A DNA stretch of 64,000 bases from Candidatus Methylomirabilota bacterium (GTDB lineage: Bacteria > Methylomirabilota > Methylomirabilia > Rokubacteriales > CSP1-6), in assembly GCA_036506275.1 (NCBI GenBank), contig DASXSB010000013.1:65393-129392 (forward strand). Reading direction: 5' to 3'. The position numbers were made by a program, and so were the translations under genes. Below the pieces are notes generated by a model. The model was given only the letters and a program-made list of their open reading frames with translations, ran no database searches and was not told the origin of the DNA. This document shows, piece after piece, positions 17,692-27,564 of this stretch. The stretch's first letter is position 1. Each line of letters starts with the position of its first letter.

Positions 17692-18168
17692 TCAGTATCG
17701 CGGCGGGATCGGATCGGCGGCGCGCGCCGGCGGCGCCACTCGCGCGGGGGCGAGCCGTTCGACCCGGGTGCCGGCGAGAAGATCATGGAACGTGCGCTTG
17801 TCTCTGCGAAGACCGCCCACGATGAAGCCGACGCCGAGCGGCGCCAGCGACAGGAAGTAGCCGAGGTAGCGCAGGAGAGCAGTGCCGAAGGTGAGCGCCG
17901 TCCCATCCTCGTTCACGACGCGCACGCCGACGGCGAGCTTGCCGAGCGTCTGGCCCGCGAGGGCATGGAGGGCCGACGTGTAGAGCGACGTGAACAGCAA
18001 CGTGAAGAGGGAGACGGCGGGCAGGATGCCGGCCTCGCTTTCCACGGTCGGGCCCCAGACGCGGCCGGCGACCCAGCGCAGCGACACGTGCACGAGGTAG
18101 AAGATCGCGACGTCGATGAGGAGGGCGACGCCACGGATCCAGAAGCCGGCGGGAGCGGTCGCGATCAT
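17692..18168 (-). CDS. RDD-family membrane protein
   Basis: The internal ATG (MIATAPAGFWIRGVALLIDVAIFYL...) matches the RDD topology. The upstream Arg-rich extension of the track ORF is spurious. Confidence 0.7.
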   Translation of the reverse strand: MIATAPAGFWIRGVALLIDVAIFYLVHVSLRWVAGRVWGPTVESEAGILPAVSLFTLLFTSLYTSALHALAGQTLGKLAVGVRVVNEDGTALTFGTALLRYLGYFLSLAPLGVGFIVGGLRRDKRTFHDLLAGTRVERLAPARVAPPARAADPIPPRY

Positions 18169-18212
18169 GGCGCCGTATTGTGCCACGGGCGCGCCGGAGT
18201 AAGATCGCCTCG

Positions 18213-19415
18213 ATGATCTCGGTGCAGGACGCTCAGCGCGACATCCTGGAGCGCATCGCGACCCCGACCGCGCCCGAGATGGTCGCCCTTCCCGCCGCCG
18301 CCGGCCGTGTCCTCGCGGAGCCGCTGCGCGCCCCCTTCGACGTTCCCCCCGCCGACAACTCCGCCGTGGACGGCTACGCGGTGGCGAGCAGCGACATCCC
18401 CGCTGCGGGCACACGCGACCTCGACGTCATCGCGGACCTGCCGGCGGGATCGGTGTTCGCCGGCACCGTGCAACGCGGCCAGACGGTGCGGATCATGACG
18501 GGCGCGCCGCTACCGGCGGGCGTGGACACGGTGTTCCCCCAGGAGGTCGTGGAGCGCGCCGGCGAGCGCGTGCGCATCGGCCATCTCCGCCGCGGCATCA
18601 ACGTTCGTCTCCGCGGCGAGGACGTCACGAGCGGCTCCGTGGTGCTGGAGGCGGGCACGGCCCTGCGACCACAAGACATCGGGCTCGCGGCGTCGCTCGG
18701 TCTCTGCGCGGTGCTCGTGCACCGGCGCCCGCGCGTGGCCCTGCTCTCCACCGGCGACGAGGTCGCGGAGCCGGGCACCCCCCGCCGGCCCGGTCAGATC
18801 TATGACGCCAATCGCTTCGCCCTTCGCGCGTCCATCGAGCGGTGCGGCGGCGCCGTCGTCGATCTCGGCATCGCGCCCGACGTCCGCGACGAGCTGCGGG
18901 CGCGCCTGCTCGACGCCAGCCGCATCGCGGACGTGGTGATCACGTCGGGCGGTGTTTCCGTGGGGCTCTACGACCTCGTGAAGAGCGTGCTCGCCGAGAT
19001 CGGCGGCGTCGAATTCTGGCAGGTCGCCATGCAGCCGGGACGCCCGCTCGCGGCCGGCCGCATCGGCGACGCCCACTTCTTCGGACTCCCCGGCAATCCG
19101 GTGGCGTCGATGCTCACGTTCATGCTGTTCGTACGGCCCGCGTTATGGAAGCTCTCCGGTCGCCGCCGACTGTTCCCGGAAACGTTTGCGGCGCGGGCGG
19201 CGGAAGCGATGACCAAGAAGTCGGGACGCCGCGAGTTCAAGCGCGGGATCCTGCGCTATTGCGGCGGCGTGTGGGAAGTCTCGACCACGGGCCCGCAGGG
19301 ATCGGGCATTCTCAGCTCGATGGTGACGGGCAACTGCCTCGTGGTGCTGGAGGAAGACCGCGGCGACGTCGCCCCCGGCGACACCGTGCTCGTGGAGCCG
19401 TTCGAGCCATGCTGA
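18213..19415 (+). CDS. moeA: molybdopterin molybdenumtransferase MoeA
   Basis: Contains NSAVDGYAV, the MoeA N/linker/MPT-binding/C-terminal architecture, and GLPGNPVAS. Preferred start MISVQDAQRDIL. Confidence 0.9.
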   Translation: MISVQDAQRDILERIATPTAPEMVALPAAAGRVLAEPLRAPFDVPPADNSAVDGYAVASSDIPAAGTRDLDVIADLPAGSVFAGTVQRGQTVRIMTGAPLPAGVDTVFPQEVVERAGERVRIGHLRRGINVRLRGEDVTSGSVVLEAGTALRPQDIGLAASLGLCAVLVHRRPRVALLSTGDEVAEPGTPRRPGQIYDANRFALRASIERCGGAVVDLGIAPDVRDELRARLLDASRIADVVITSGGVSVGLYDLVKSVLAEIGGVEFWQVAMQPGRPLAAGRIGDAHFFGLPGNPVASMLTFMLFVRPALWKLSGRRRLFPETFAARAAEAMTKKSGRREFKRGILRYCGGVWEVSTTGPQGSGILSSMVTGNCLVVLEEDRGDVAPGDTVLVEPFEPC

Positions 19416-19870
19416 TGGGCGTGCCCGCAGCAATTCGCGCCATGACCCCGCGCGCCCTCGTGGTGCCGCTTCTGACGAGTGCCATCCTCCTCGTCGGCGC
19501 CGCCCCCGCCGCTCCTCCCGACGCCCCCGTGAGCTTCATCAAGGTCGAGGAGCTCAAGCGTCTCCTCGACGCGCGGACCAAGGCCGACATCATCGACGTC
19601 CGCCACTGGGAGCAGTTCTCGGAGGTTCACATCAAGGGCGCGCGCTCGATGCCGCTGCGCGCGGTGCCGGAGCGCGCGCGCGAGATCAGCAAGAGCGGGC
19701 TCGTCGTCTTCTACTGAACGTGCCCGCATGCCCTGGCCCGGGGGGCCAGCAACATCCTGTACGGGCTCGGGTGGCGCAATCACCGCGTGCTCGAGGAAGG
19801 GTTGCCGGGGTGGATCGACCGCGGCTACCCGGTGGAGGGCACCAACCCCACCGCTCCGCCCGGCCACTGA
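19409..19870 (+). CDS. secreted single-domain rhodanese with in-frame TGA at the catalytic loop (candidate selenoprotein)
   Basis: The ATG overlaps the moeA stop. The N-terminus has a signal-like hydrophobic segment. Rhodanese motifs read IIDVRHWEQFSEVHIKGARSMPL...SGLVVFY-[TGA 19715-19717]-TCPHALARGASNILYGLGWRNHRVLEEGLPGWIDRGYPVEG. The reading frame is continuous and the sequence past the TGA is conserved rhodanese C-terminus. A GC hairpin ctggccc-ggg-gggccag lies 16 nt downstream of the TGA (19733-19749). Confidence 0.6.
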
Positions 19871-19884
19871 GAACGAACGCCCGC

Positions 19885-20859
19885 TCAGGCGACGGACGAC
19901 GACTTCGACACCGGCCGCAGCGTCGCGAACGCGACGAGGCCGGCCGCGATCCACGCCACCTCGCGCACGCGGCGCGCGAGCCCGAAAGCCAGCGCCGTGC
20001 TCGACCCCAGGCCGAGGGCGCCGAACGTGGCCACGAACCCGCCCTCGACCGCGCCCACGCTGGCCGGGATGACGAATGTGGCGAGACGGACGGCGGCGCC
20101 GATGGCCTCGATCACCGTCGCCGTCACCCATGAGACCTCCACCCCGAGAAATCTCAGGATGAGGTAGGTCTCCACCGCCCCCAGGAGCCACGCCACGAAG
20201 TGACAGGCGATGGAGAGCGCGAAGCGGCGCCGCTCTCCGCGATAGAAGTGCGCGAGGGCTGCGTCCACGCGCTCGAGCGAGGCCTCCGCCAGAAGCGCGG
20301 GAGGCACCCCCAGGCGCCCGAGGGCGGCGGCCCCGCGCCCGAAGACCCCGCGCGTCTGCACGAACACGAACGAGGCGAGGGCGACCGCCTCCACCACGAA
20401 GAGCCAGCCCATGGCCTCGAGGAGAGGCGTGGCCGACAGCGCCGTCCACGACGCCAGCGCCACCCCGACGAGGAGAAAGAGCGCCTGCGCGATCGTGATC
20501 GAGGTCTTGGCGACGATCACCGACGCCACCGCCTCGTCGAAGGCGGCGTGACCGCGCAGGAGCCACGCCTTCACCGCCTCCCCCCCGATGGTGGCGGTGG
20601 GCGTGATGGCGTTGAAGGCTTCGCCCGCCAGCCGCGTGACCGTCAGCGTCCGGAACGGGACCACGTCGCGCGCGAACGCGAACCGCCACCCGAGGGTGTC
20701 GAACAGCACCACGAGCGAGTGCGGGAAGCACACCACGATCGCGAGCCGCCACGAGATCCGCCCCATCTCGGCGAGGATGGCTTCGGGATCGTTCTCGACG
20801 ATGAGGAGGGTGAGCAGGCCGAGGCCGAGCGCGAGGAGCGCAGGTCGCCACCACCGCAT
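19885..20859 (-). CDS. membrane protein of the lysylphosphatidylglycerol-synthase TM-region / flippase-like family (UPF0104)
   Basis: 324 aa polytopic protein, MRWWRPALLALGLGLLTLLIV..., with the LPG_synthase_TM-like pattern. It is the last gene of the coupled operon. Confidence 0.65.
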   Translation of the reverse strand: MRWWRPALLALGLGLLTLLIVENDPEAILAEMGRISWRLAIVVCFPHSLVVLFDTLGWRFAFARDVVPFRTLTVTRLAGEAFNAITPTATIGGEAVKAWLLRGHAAFDEAVASVIVAKTSITIAQALFLLVGVALASWTALSATPLLEAMGWLFVVEAVALASFVFVQTRGVFGRGAAALGRLGVPPALLAEASLERVDAALAHFYRGERRRFALSIACHFVAWLLGAVETYLILRFLGVEVSWVTATVIEAIGAAVRLATFVIPASVGAVEGGFVATFGALGLGSSTALAFGLARRVREVAWIAAGLVAFATLRPVSKSSSVA

Positions 20860-20868
20860 CGCGCGACG

Positions 20869-22437
20869 TCAGCTCTCTCGGTAGAAGATCAGGAAGACGC
20901 CGACGAGGCTGAACGCCCACGCCCACAGGCGTCCGGGGACCGCATCGTCCGGCGGCGCCATCCGCAGCTCGAGCCAGCGCGCCCACCCGGCCATCAGGCC
21001 CAGCACACCGAGCGGCGCGTGGGTGATCTCGATGAGGAACTCGGACTTGAGATCGCCCAGCGCGTGCGAGTGCGTGAGCAGGAGGGCGCCGCCCACGGCG
21101 CACAGCAGCGGGAAGACGAGGGCGGCGCGCCGGTGGCCCAGGCGTCCCGCCCGCACCCGCCACTCGAAGAGCCCGAAGCCGACCACGAGCAGCACGAACA
21201 GCCGGTGCTGGAGGACCTCTGCGTAGCCGAAGCTCTCCCAGAATCCGAGCGGTCCCAGCGGCCACGCGCCCGGGTCGTTGCGCACGAGCAGGAACGCCGC
21301 GAGGCCGAGGAACACCAGCGGCCAGTGTCGCGCCCACTTCCCCCACCGCGCGCGATGCACGAGGGCGAGCACGCCCATGGTGAGCACGAAGAACCCCGCC
21401 ATGTGGTGGTTGTACTCGGACCACGCGCGGTCGGCGGCCGTGCGCGGAGCGTCGCGATCCTCCACCGGCAGCTCCGTGATCGGCGGCGACGAGAGCCGCG
21501 GCCACTGCGGCGTGAACCGGCCCGCTACCTCGGCCACGCTCGCGCGGTCGGCCACGTCGATGGCGGGCGGCATCGACGTCAGGGAGGCGGCGGCGAAGAG
21601 CACGGTGAGGCCGAGCCCCAGCTCCACCTCGACGAAGCGCCGCACGCGCGTCACGCCGACGTCGGCGCCGTCCCGGAGGCGCCGGACGGCGAGGAAATTG
21701 GCGGCGCCGAGCACGAGGAGCAAGGCGAGCAGCACGACCTTGGTGATCACCATCACTCCGTACGAGGTGCCGAGCAGCGCGGATGTCCCGTCGATGTACT
21801 GCGCGGAGAGCGCGACGCCCGCCACCACCAGCGCCGCCACCGCCGCCAGCGCCATCGCCGAGAATCGGCGGAGCATCGACATCGGCCACGGCGCGCCGGG
21901 ACCGCCGAGAACGGCGGCGGTGAGGTGCACGAGGCCACCCACCCACACCGCCGCCGCCAGCTGGTGGGTGGCGTCGAGCGCGGTCGGCAGGAGGCGGTGA
22001 TCGAGGCGCGCCATGGCATGGCTGAGCGACGCCGCGCTCGCGGCGAGCAAGATGGCAAGAGCGCCGAGCGTCCACGACGCCGCCGTCCCCTGCCCGCGGC
22101 GCCGCACCGTCAGCGCCGTCACCGCCAGCGCCGCGCAGATGGCCATCCGCATCACGGTCGCGCGGAAGTACGTGGTGCCGGAGAGCTCCGCCAGCGGCCA
22201 TCCGCTGCCGTCATCGAGCGCCGCCAGGTGCACGCCGAGGGCGAGGCATTGCGCGACGGCGACGCCGACGGCGCCCGCCGTCACGAGCACGAGCGAGCGC
22301 CGGACGAGCGCGGTCAGCGTGGGCGGAGGAAGCCCGGCCGGCCGAAGGACGAGCAGGATGAAGAAGACGCCGCCGACGGCGATCGCCTGGCTCGCGAGCG
22401 CGATACCGCGCAGGAGGACATCGAGAAAGCCCGCCAC
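20869..22437 (-). CDS. CopD-family membrane protein fused to a CtaG/caa3-assembly-like C-terminal domain
   Basis: 522 aa. The N-terminal half is a CopD-like helix bundle. The C-terminal half (SEYNHHMAGFFVLTMG...THSH) resembles CtaG. Confidence 0.6.
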   Translation of the reverse strand: MAGFLDVLLRGIALASQAIAVGGVFFILLVLRPAGLPPPTLTALVRRSLVLVTAGAVGVAVAQCLALGVHLAALDDGSGWPLAELSGTTYFRATVMRMAICAALAVTALTVRRRGQGTAASWTLGALAILLAASAASLSHAMARLDHRLLPTALDATHQLAAAVWVGGLVHLTAAVLGGPGAPWPMSMLRRFSAMALAAVAALVVAGVALSAQYIDGTSALLGTSYGVMVITKVVLLALLLVLGAANFLAVRRLRDGADVGVTRVRRFVEVELGLGLTVLFAAASLTSMPPAIDVADRASVAEVAGRFTPQWPRLSSPPITELPVEDRDAPRTAADRAWSEYNHHMAGFFVLTMGVLALVHRARWGKWARHWPLVFLGLAAFLLVRNDPGAWPLGPLGFWESFGYAEVLQHRLFVLLVVGFGLFEWRVRAGRLGHRRAALVFPLLCAVGGALLLTHSHALGDLKSEFLIEITHAPLGVLGLMAGWARWLELRMAPPDDAVPGRLWAWAFSLVGVFLIFYRES

Positions 22438-22444
22438 CGGCCGG

Positions 22445-23620
22445 TCAGCGCGCGCGGCGCCCGAGCCACGCCAGCAAGACCAGAAACGCAGGCGCGCCCG
22501 CCGCGGTGATGGCGACGAACCAGTGTGCCCGGCCGAAGGCGGCGAGGAGAACGATCACGTAGATGAAGTCGCGATAGGTCATGGTGTCGGCCACGCGGCC
22601 GAGCAACGAGCCGCGGTCGGCATCGGTGGAGGCACGCATCCCGCGGCTGTACACGACCACCGCCGACCACGCCGTCCCCGCCACCGCGAGAGCGCCGAGC
22701 AGCAGCGGCCACGGCGCGCGCGCCTCCAGGCTCCAGCCCATCGCCATGCACGCGAAGACGGCGGCGTGGACGGCGTTGTCGCCGACGACGTCGAGGAGGG
22801 CACCGAGGCGCGATTCCTGAAACTTCAGCCGCGCCAGCTCGCCGTCGCAGCCGTCGAGGATGGAGTGGGTCAGGAACAGCAGTGCTCCCGGGAGCTGCCA
22901 GGCGGGGGACGTGGACAGAAAGAACGGCGCGCTCAGGAAGCCGATCCCGAGGCTCACGAGGGTCATGGTGTTCGGCGTGACCCGGGTTCCGCACAACCGG
23001 CGCGTGATGGCGAGGGAGATGCGGCGCTCGAGGAGCCGCGACATCACGCCCTCGTTCGGCTTCACGAGGCGCCGCAGGAGCCACGTTTCCGCTCCGCGCA
23101 GATCGTGTCGGTCGGCGAGGATCAGACGCGCGTCGCCGAGGCCGCCGTCGATGGTCTTCGCCGTCGTGCGCAACGCGTCCACGAGCTGCGCCATCCCGCC
23201 ACCGGTGGCCGCCAGCGCCAGCACGCTCCCGCATTGCGACGCCTCCACCACCGCCACCGACGCTCCATCGACGTAGGCGTGGTCGGGCTCGATCGCCATC
23301 GTCCGCAGCCGTCGCAGCCACTCGACGGCGGGCACGACGTTGCCGGCCACGAACACGATTCGCCGCGCGCCCACGGCCGGAAACGGAACACCGGGCGCGA
23401 GCACGTGGGCGGGCGCGTCGACGACGTCACGCGGCCCGTCGAGGTCCGGATGCCGCACGACGATGCGACCGAAGCCGGCGCGGTCGGCGGCGAGCACGAT
23501 ACGTCGCCACACAGGAACGCCCGCGAGCACGGTGCGCGGCGACACCGCCTCCGTGCCATCACGCGTGGAGGGCAAGACCACGAGCATGGCGTCGTCCGCC
23601 ACCGCCGTCGCTCCCGTCAT
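22445..23620 (-). CDS. bifunctional-looking protein: N-terminal nucleotidyltransferase-like domain + C-terminal CDP-alcohol phosphatidyltransferase
   Basis: 391 aa. The C-terminal part reads DGCDGELARL...LGALLDVVGDNAVHAAV, the CDP-OH phosphotransferase signature D-G-x2-A-R-x8-G-x3-D-x3-D. The N-terminal ~180 aa has a cytidylyltransferase-like fold without a canonical G-rich loop. The architecture resembles IPCT/DIPPS. Confidence 0.7.
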   Translation of the reverse strand: MTGATAVADDAMLVVLPSTRDGTEAVSPRTVLAGVPVWRRIVLAADRAGFGRIVVRHPDLDGPRDVVDAPAHVLAPGVPFPAVGARRIVFVAGNVVPAVEWLRRLRTMAIEPDHAYVDGASVAVVEASQCGSVLALAATGGGMAQLVDALRTTAKTIDGGLGDARLILADRHDLRGAETWLLRRLVKPNEGVMSRLLERRISLAITRRLCGTRVTPNTMTLVSLGIGFLSAPFFLSTSPAWQLPGALLFLTHSILDGCDGELARLKFQESRLGALLDVVGDNAVHAAVFACMAMGWSLEARAPWPLLLGALAVAGTAWSAVVVYSRGMRASTDADRGSLLGRVADTMTYRDFIYVIVLLAAFGRAHWFVAITAAGAPAFLVLLAWLGRRAR

Positions 23621-24681
23621 GCGAGAAGTCCCGCCACCGCGGCGGGAAGCGGCGCGGGCGGCATCTCGACGGAGAGCGCGGCCCCGTGGCGACGGCTGGA
23701 CTCACGGGCGAGCGCTTCCAGCACCACGCACAGCGAGGCCTCCACGAGGTTGCCGCTCCCCGGCGCGGGGGCGTCGAGCGCGCGCATGAACTGCTCCGCG
23801 ACCTCGTGGAACCAGTCGGGGTGATGGGAGCCGTCGGAGAGCGCGGGCGGGCACGACCAGCGCTCCTCCGTCGTGGCGTGGCCGGGTCGCGTGAGGATCA
23901 CGGTGTCGTCCTCGAGCCGGATGCTGCCCGCCGTCCCCGTCAGCTCCGCGTGATTCCGCCGCTCGTCGGACGCCCACGTCAACAACACTTCCGCGGTGGC
24001 CTCCGGATACGTCAACCGAACGGTGGCGGTGTCCTCGACGGCGAACTGCGTGTGTCGGCGCGTCTCGAGGGTGGCGCTGACGGCGGTCGGCCGCTCGCCG
24101 ATCCAGCGTCCGAGGACATAGAACACGTGCCAGCCGTGATCGGTGAGCACGCCGCCTCCCGCCACCCCGGGATCGACACGCCAGTTGTCGGCGGGATCGC
24201 GTCCGGCCGCGGGTTTCCTGCGCAGCGTGTGCCAGGTGACGTGACGAAGGCCGCCGATGGCGCCGTCGCACACCAGCTCGCGCACACGCTGCACGATGGG
24301 CGCATGATGCCAGTTGTGAACGGTGTGGAGGACGCGACCGGTCGCGGACGCGCGTCCCACCACCAGCGCCAGCTCGTCGAGGGAGCGAACGAGCGGCTTC
24401 TCGCAGAGGACGTGCAGGTTGCGGTCGAGCGCGCTCGCGATGATCCCGGCGTGGCTCGAGGGCGGCGTGCAGACGTCGACGAAGTCGAACGCCTCGCGGG
24501 CGAGGAGCGCGGCCGTGGAGTCGTACCACCGCACGTCGGGGAGGCGGGCCTCGACCTCCGGGCGGCGCGCGCCGTCGGTGTCGGTGGCCGCCACGATCGT
24601 GACGTCGTCGCGCTTCAGCCAGCCCGGCACGTGGGCGTTCAGGGAAACGCCGCCCACGCCCACGATCGCGCCTCGCCGCAC
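23617..24681 (-). CDS. Gfo/Idh/MocA-family NAD(P)-dependent oxidoreductase (inositol/sugar dehydrogenase-like)
   Basis: The GTG start (VRRGAIVGVGGVSLNAHVPGWL) overlaps the upstream stop. The EKPL motif is present. Confidence 0.8.
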   Translation of the reverse strand: MRRGAIVGVGGVSLNAHVPGWLKRDDVTIVAATDTDGARRPEVEARLPDVRWYDSTAALLAREAFDFVDVCTPPSSHAGIIASALDRNLHVLCEKPLVRSLDELALVVGRASATGRVLHTVHNWHHAPIVQRVRELVCDGAIGGLRHVTWHTLRRKPAAGRDPADNWRVDPGVAGGGVLTDHGWHVFYVLGRWIGERPTAVSATLETRRHTQFAVEDTATVRLTYPEATAEVLLTWASDERRNHAELTGTAGSIRLEDDTVILTRPGHATTEERWSCPPALSDGSHHPDWFHEVAEQFMRALDAPAPGSGNLVEASLCVVLEALARESSRRHGAALSVEMPPAPLPAAVAGLLA

Positions 24682-26010
24682 TACTCGAGCCCGTGTCGGC
24701 TCGCGACCACCGTCAGCGCCTGATCGAGGATCTCGAGACCCTCGAGGGCGGCGTCTTCCTGGATCACGAGAGGCGGATTGATCCGGATGCGGGGCGCGTA
24801 CGCCATGGTGACGAGACCACGACGCAGACATTCCTGGTATAGCTCGCGCGTGATGTCCGAGGGCAGCAGCTCCTTGGTGGTGCGATCGCGGACGAGGTCG
24901 ATCCCCAGCATGAGCCCGACCCCGCGCACGTCGCCGATCACGCGATGCTTCTCCTTCATCTGCTCGAGGCGCGTCAGCATGGCGCGTCCCACGCGCTGGG
25001 CATTTTTCACGAGATCCTCCTGGAGGATGATCTCGACGGCGGCGAGCCCGGCGGCGGCGGCGAGCGGATTGCCGCCGTAGCTGGACGAGCTGGCGCTCGG
25101 ATTCGACCACGGCTTCTTGCTGGTGAGCGCCTCCGTGGAGATGACGCCGCTCAACGGGAAGCCGCCGCCCATGCCCTTCCCCACCGTCATGATGTCGGGC
25201 ACCACCCCGCTGTGCTCGGCGCCCCACATCAGGCCCGTGCGTCCGAAGCCGGTCAGCATCTCGTCGGCGATGAAGAGCGCGCCGTGATCGCGCGCGACGG
25301 ACTGGACGGCACGCAGGAAACCTTCCGGCGGCACCACGTTGCCGGCGGTCCCCTGGATCGGCTCCACGATGATGGCGGAAATCTCGCCCGCCGTCTGGTA
25401 ACGGATGACGTCGCGGAGGTACTCGGCGCACGCGATGCCGCAGTCCGGATAGCGGAGCTTCAGCGGGCACCGATAGCAGTCCGCGTACGGCGCCAGGTAC
25501 TGTCCGGGCAGGAACGGCCCCAGGTGGTGCTTGAACTCGCTGCCGAGGAGCCCGAGGACCCCCCCGGTCTTGCCGTGGAAGCCGCCCCAGAACCCGAGCA
25601 CCTCGTGCTTGCCGGTGGCCGCCTTCGCGAGCCGCAGCGCCGCCTCCACCGCCTCCGCCCCGCCGGAGAAGAGCTGTATGCGCGTGAGGCCGCTCGGCGT
25701 CACGGTGGCGAGGAGCTCGAGAAACCGCGCGCGCGTTTCGGTGGTGAAGCTCCCGAAGGTCAGCCGCTCCACCTGCCGTTTGAGCGCCTCCACGTAGTGG
25801 GGGTGGCAGTGACCGATGCTGCCGACACCGATCCCGGCCACGAAGTCGAGGTATTCGTTGCCGTCCTCGTCGATGAGCGTGCATCCCGTGCCCCGCTGCA
25901 TGGCCAGTCCCGCGTAGAGCGCAAACGACTGCAGGCCGGGCGCCACGTGCCGATGCTCGCGCGCGAAGATCTCGCGCGAGCGCGGCCCCACCTCGCGCCG
26001 CGGCCTCACC
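24681..26010 (-). CDS. class III (omega) aminotransferase, PLP-dependent
   Basis: The GTG start at 26010 overlaps the upstream stop as GTGA. Motifs IADEMLTGFGRTG and MTVGKGMGGGFP carry the Lys. The N-terminal Arg-rich part of the track ORF is spurious. Confidence 0.85.
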
Positions 26011-26842
26011 GGCGCGCTCCCGCGAACCGCAGCGCGAGGTAGGCGGCGATGGCGGCGGCCGCCTCGTCGCGGTAGAGCGCGAAGCTCGGCCATGCGTTCA
26101 GATCGAGGAGCACGAGGTCGCCGCCGGGCGTGGCGATGGCGTCGCCGCCGTAGACCTCGAGCCCGAGGGCGGCCGCGGCCTGCCGGACCAGTCGTCCCAG
26201 GCGTCGCGGATCGAACGGACATCCCGCCAGCGTCTGATCCCGGTGATAGAACCACCGGAACCACGGCGGCGCGCCGTCACGGCCGGCGCCGGTGCCGACG
26301 CCGTAGAACTTGATGGCGTCGCCCTCGACGTGGGGCTGGAAGACGGCGCGCGGAATCGCGCGGGCGGCGAGACCGGCCACGGCCTCCCGCACGGCGTCGG
26401 GAGTGGCGGCGAAGACCACGTCCCCCTCCTGCGTGTTGTGCACGTCACCGCGCTTCACCCACACGGGCTCCGTCACGTCGGGCAGGGGCTCCGTCGTCGC
26501 CACCAGCCGGCTCGGGACGAAGGGGACCCCGGCCTCCGCGAAGCCGGCGATCATCCGGTCACGATAGGTGTTGAGAACGGCGAGCGGGCGGTTGACCTCG
26601 GTGACGCCCGCCGTCTCCCACGCCTGCAGGCGCCGGAGGGCGGGAAGCTGCTCGCACATCAGGAAGATGGCGGCGGGCGCTTCCGCCCGCTCGTCCAGCT
26701 CGTGCGATTCCTTCAGCGTGACTTCGAATCCCTTGGTCTCCAGATTCTTTCCGGTGAGACGCAGGATCTGGGCGTCGTCGGTCTCGCGCCCCGGTGAGTG
26801 TTCGCGCTCGCGGAAAATTCCCCAGCACCGCACAGGTGTCAT
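26006..26842 (-). CDS. ATP-grasp family ligase (RimK/GshB-like)
   Basis: The true start is the internal ATG (MTPVRCWGIFRE...). Motifs include VWVKRGDVHNTQ, AIKFYGV and LEVYGGDAIATPGGDLVLLDLNAWPSF. The Arg-rich N-terminus of the track ORF is spurious. Confidence 0.7.
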   Translation of the reverse strand: MTPVRCWGIFREREHSPGRETDDAQILRLTGKNLETKGFEVTLKESHELDERAEAPAAIFLMCEQLPALRRLQAWETAGVTEVNRPLAVLNTYRDRMIAGFAEAGVPFVPSRLVATTEPLPDVTEPVWVKRGDVHNTQEGDVVFAATPDAVREAVAGLAARAIPRAVFQPHVEGDAIKFYGVGTGAGRDGAPPWFRWFYHRDQTLAGCPFDPRRLGRLVRQAAAALGLEVYGGDAIATPGGDLVLLDLNAWPSFALYRDEAAAAIAAYLALRFAGARR

Positions 26843-27564
26843 AGCCCTTTCTTCGCGACCGACGGCTCGCGGGTAATGGTGAGCGACAACGCTTCGGCGA
26901 GGGCCACGTCCTCGGCCCGATCGACGTCGATGACGCGCGGGATGACTTCGCCATAGAGCGGCTCGCCCTCCGCGACGAGCCAGGCGAGGAAGTCCCGCAG
27001 CCGGTCGTGGCGAGCATCCGGCGCGAGCGCGCGCACGCGCTCGGATACGAGGTACAGGCCCGCGGTGACGAGGGCGCCCGCGCCGAGGGCGGTGATCCGA
27101 CCGCCGGCATCGAGGGTCGCCCGCAGCGGCTTCTCGTCCGCCACGAACGGCGTGAGCCCGAGCACGCTCCGCGATGCCGGGTGGCGCCGGGCGGCGTCCA
27201 CGAAGCGGACGAAGTCGGCGGGTGGACACCAGGCGTCGACGGTCGAGACGAGCATGGGCCCCGCGCCCGGCGCCGACACCACCTCCGCGAAGCTCCGCAG
27301 CGACGACGGCGTCGTCTTCACGATGCACGTCAGGTCGAGGGACGGAAAGCGCGCGGGCAGCCACTCCGCGCACGCGCGCTCGTCCTCGTTGACGATCACG
27401 ACGAGCGACGTGATGCCGGCCGCCCGGAAGTTCCCGATGACCGCTTCGATGAGCGGAACGCCGGCCACCGGCACCATCGGCTTCGGCACCGTGAACCCAT
27501 CCGCGCGGAGGCGGCTCCCTTCCCCGGCCGCGATGATGCCGCCGCGGAGCGCGGACGCCGTCAC
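26839..27564 (-). CDS. sugar/alcohol-phosphate nucleotidyltransferase (NTP_transferase family)
   Basis: The GTG start at 27564 overlaps the HAD gene stop as GTGA. GGIIAAGEGSRL is the G-rich NTP-transferase loop. Confidence 0.75.
   Translation of the reverse strand: MTASALRGGIIAAGEGSRLRADGFTVPKPMVPVAGVPLIEAVIGNFRAAGITSLVVIVNEDERACAEWLPARFPSLDLTCIVKTTPSSLRSFAEVVSAPGAGPMLVSTVDAWCPPADFVRFVDAARRHPASRSVLGLTPFVADEKPLRATLDAGGRITALGAGALVTAGLYLVSERVRALAPDARHDRLRDFLAWLVAEGEPLYGEVIPRVIDVDRAEDVALAEALSLTITREPSVAKKGL

Noticed and set aside
19715-19870. Initial impression that the rhodanese is frameshifted into two ORFs
   Set aside because: Checking codon phase showed the downstream rhodanese C-terminus is in the same frame as the upstream part. 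The only interruption is the single TGA, so no frameshift needs to be invoked.
19256-22509. 981-aa minus ORF and 769-aa plus ORF spanning the flippase-like and CopD-like genes
   Set aside because: These are frame-shifted or antisense readings of real membrane-protein genes, with typical GC-rich Arg/Pro/Gly junk composition.
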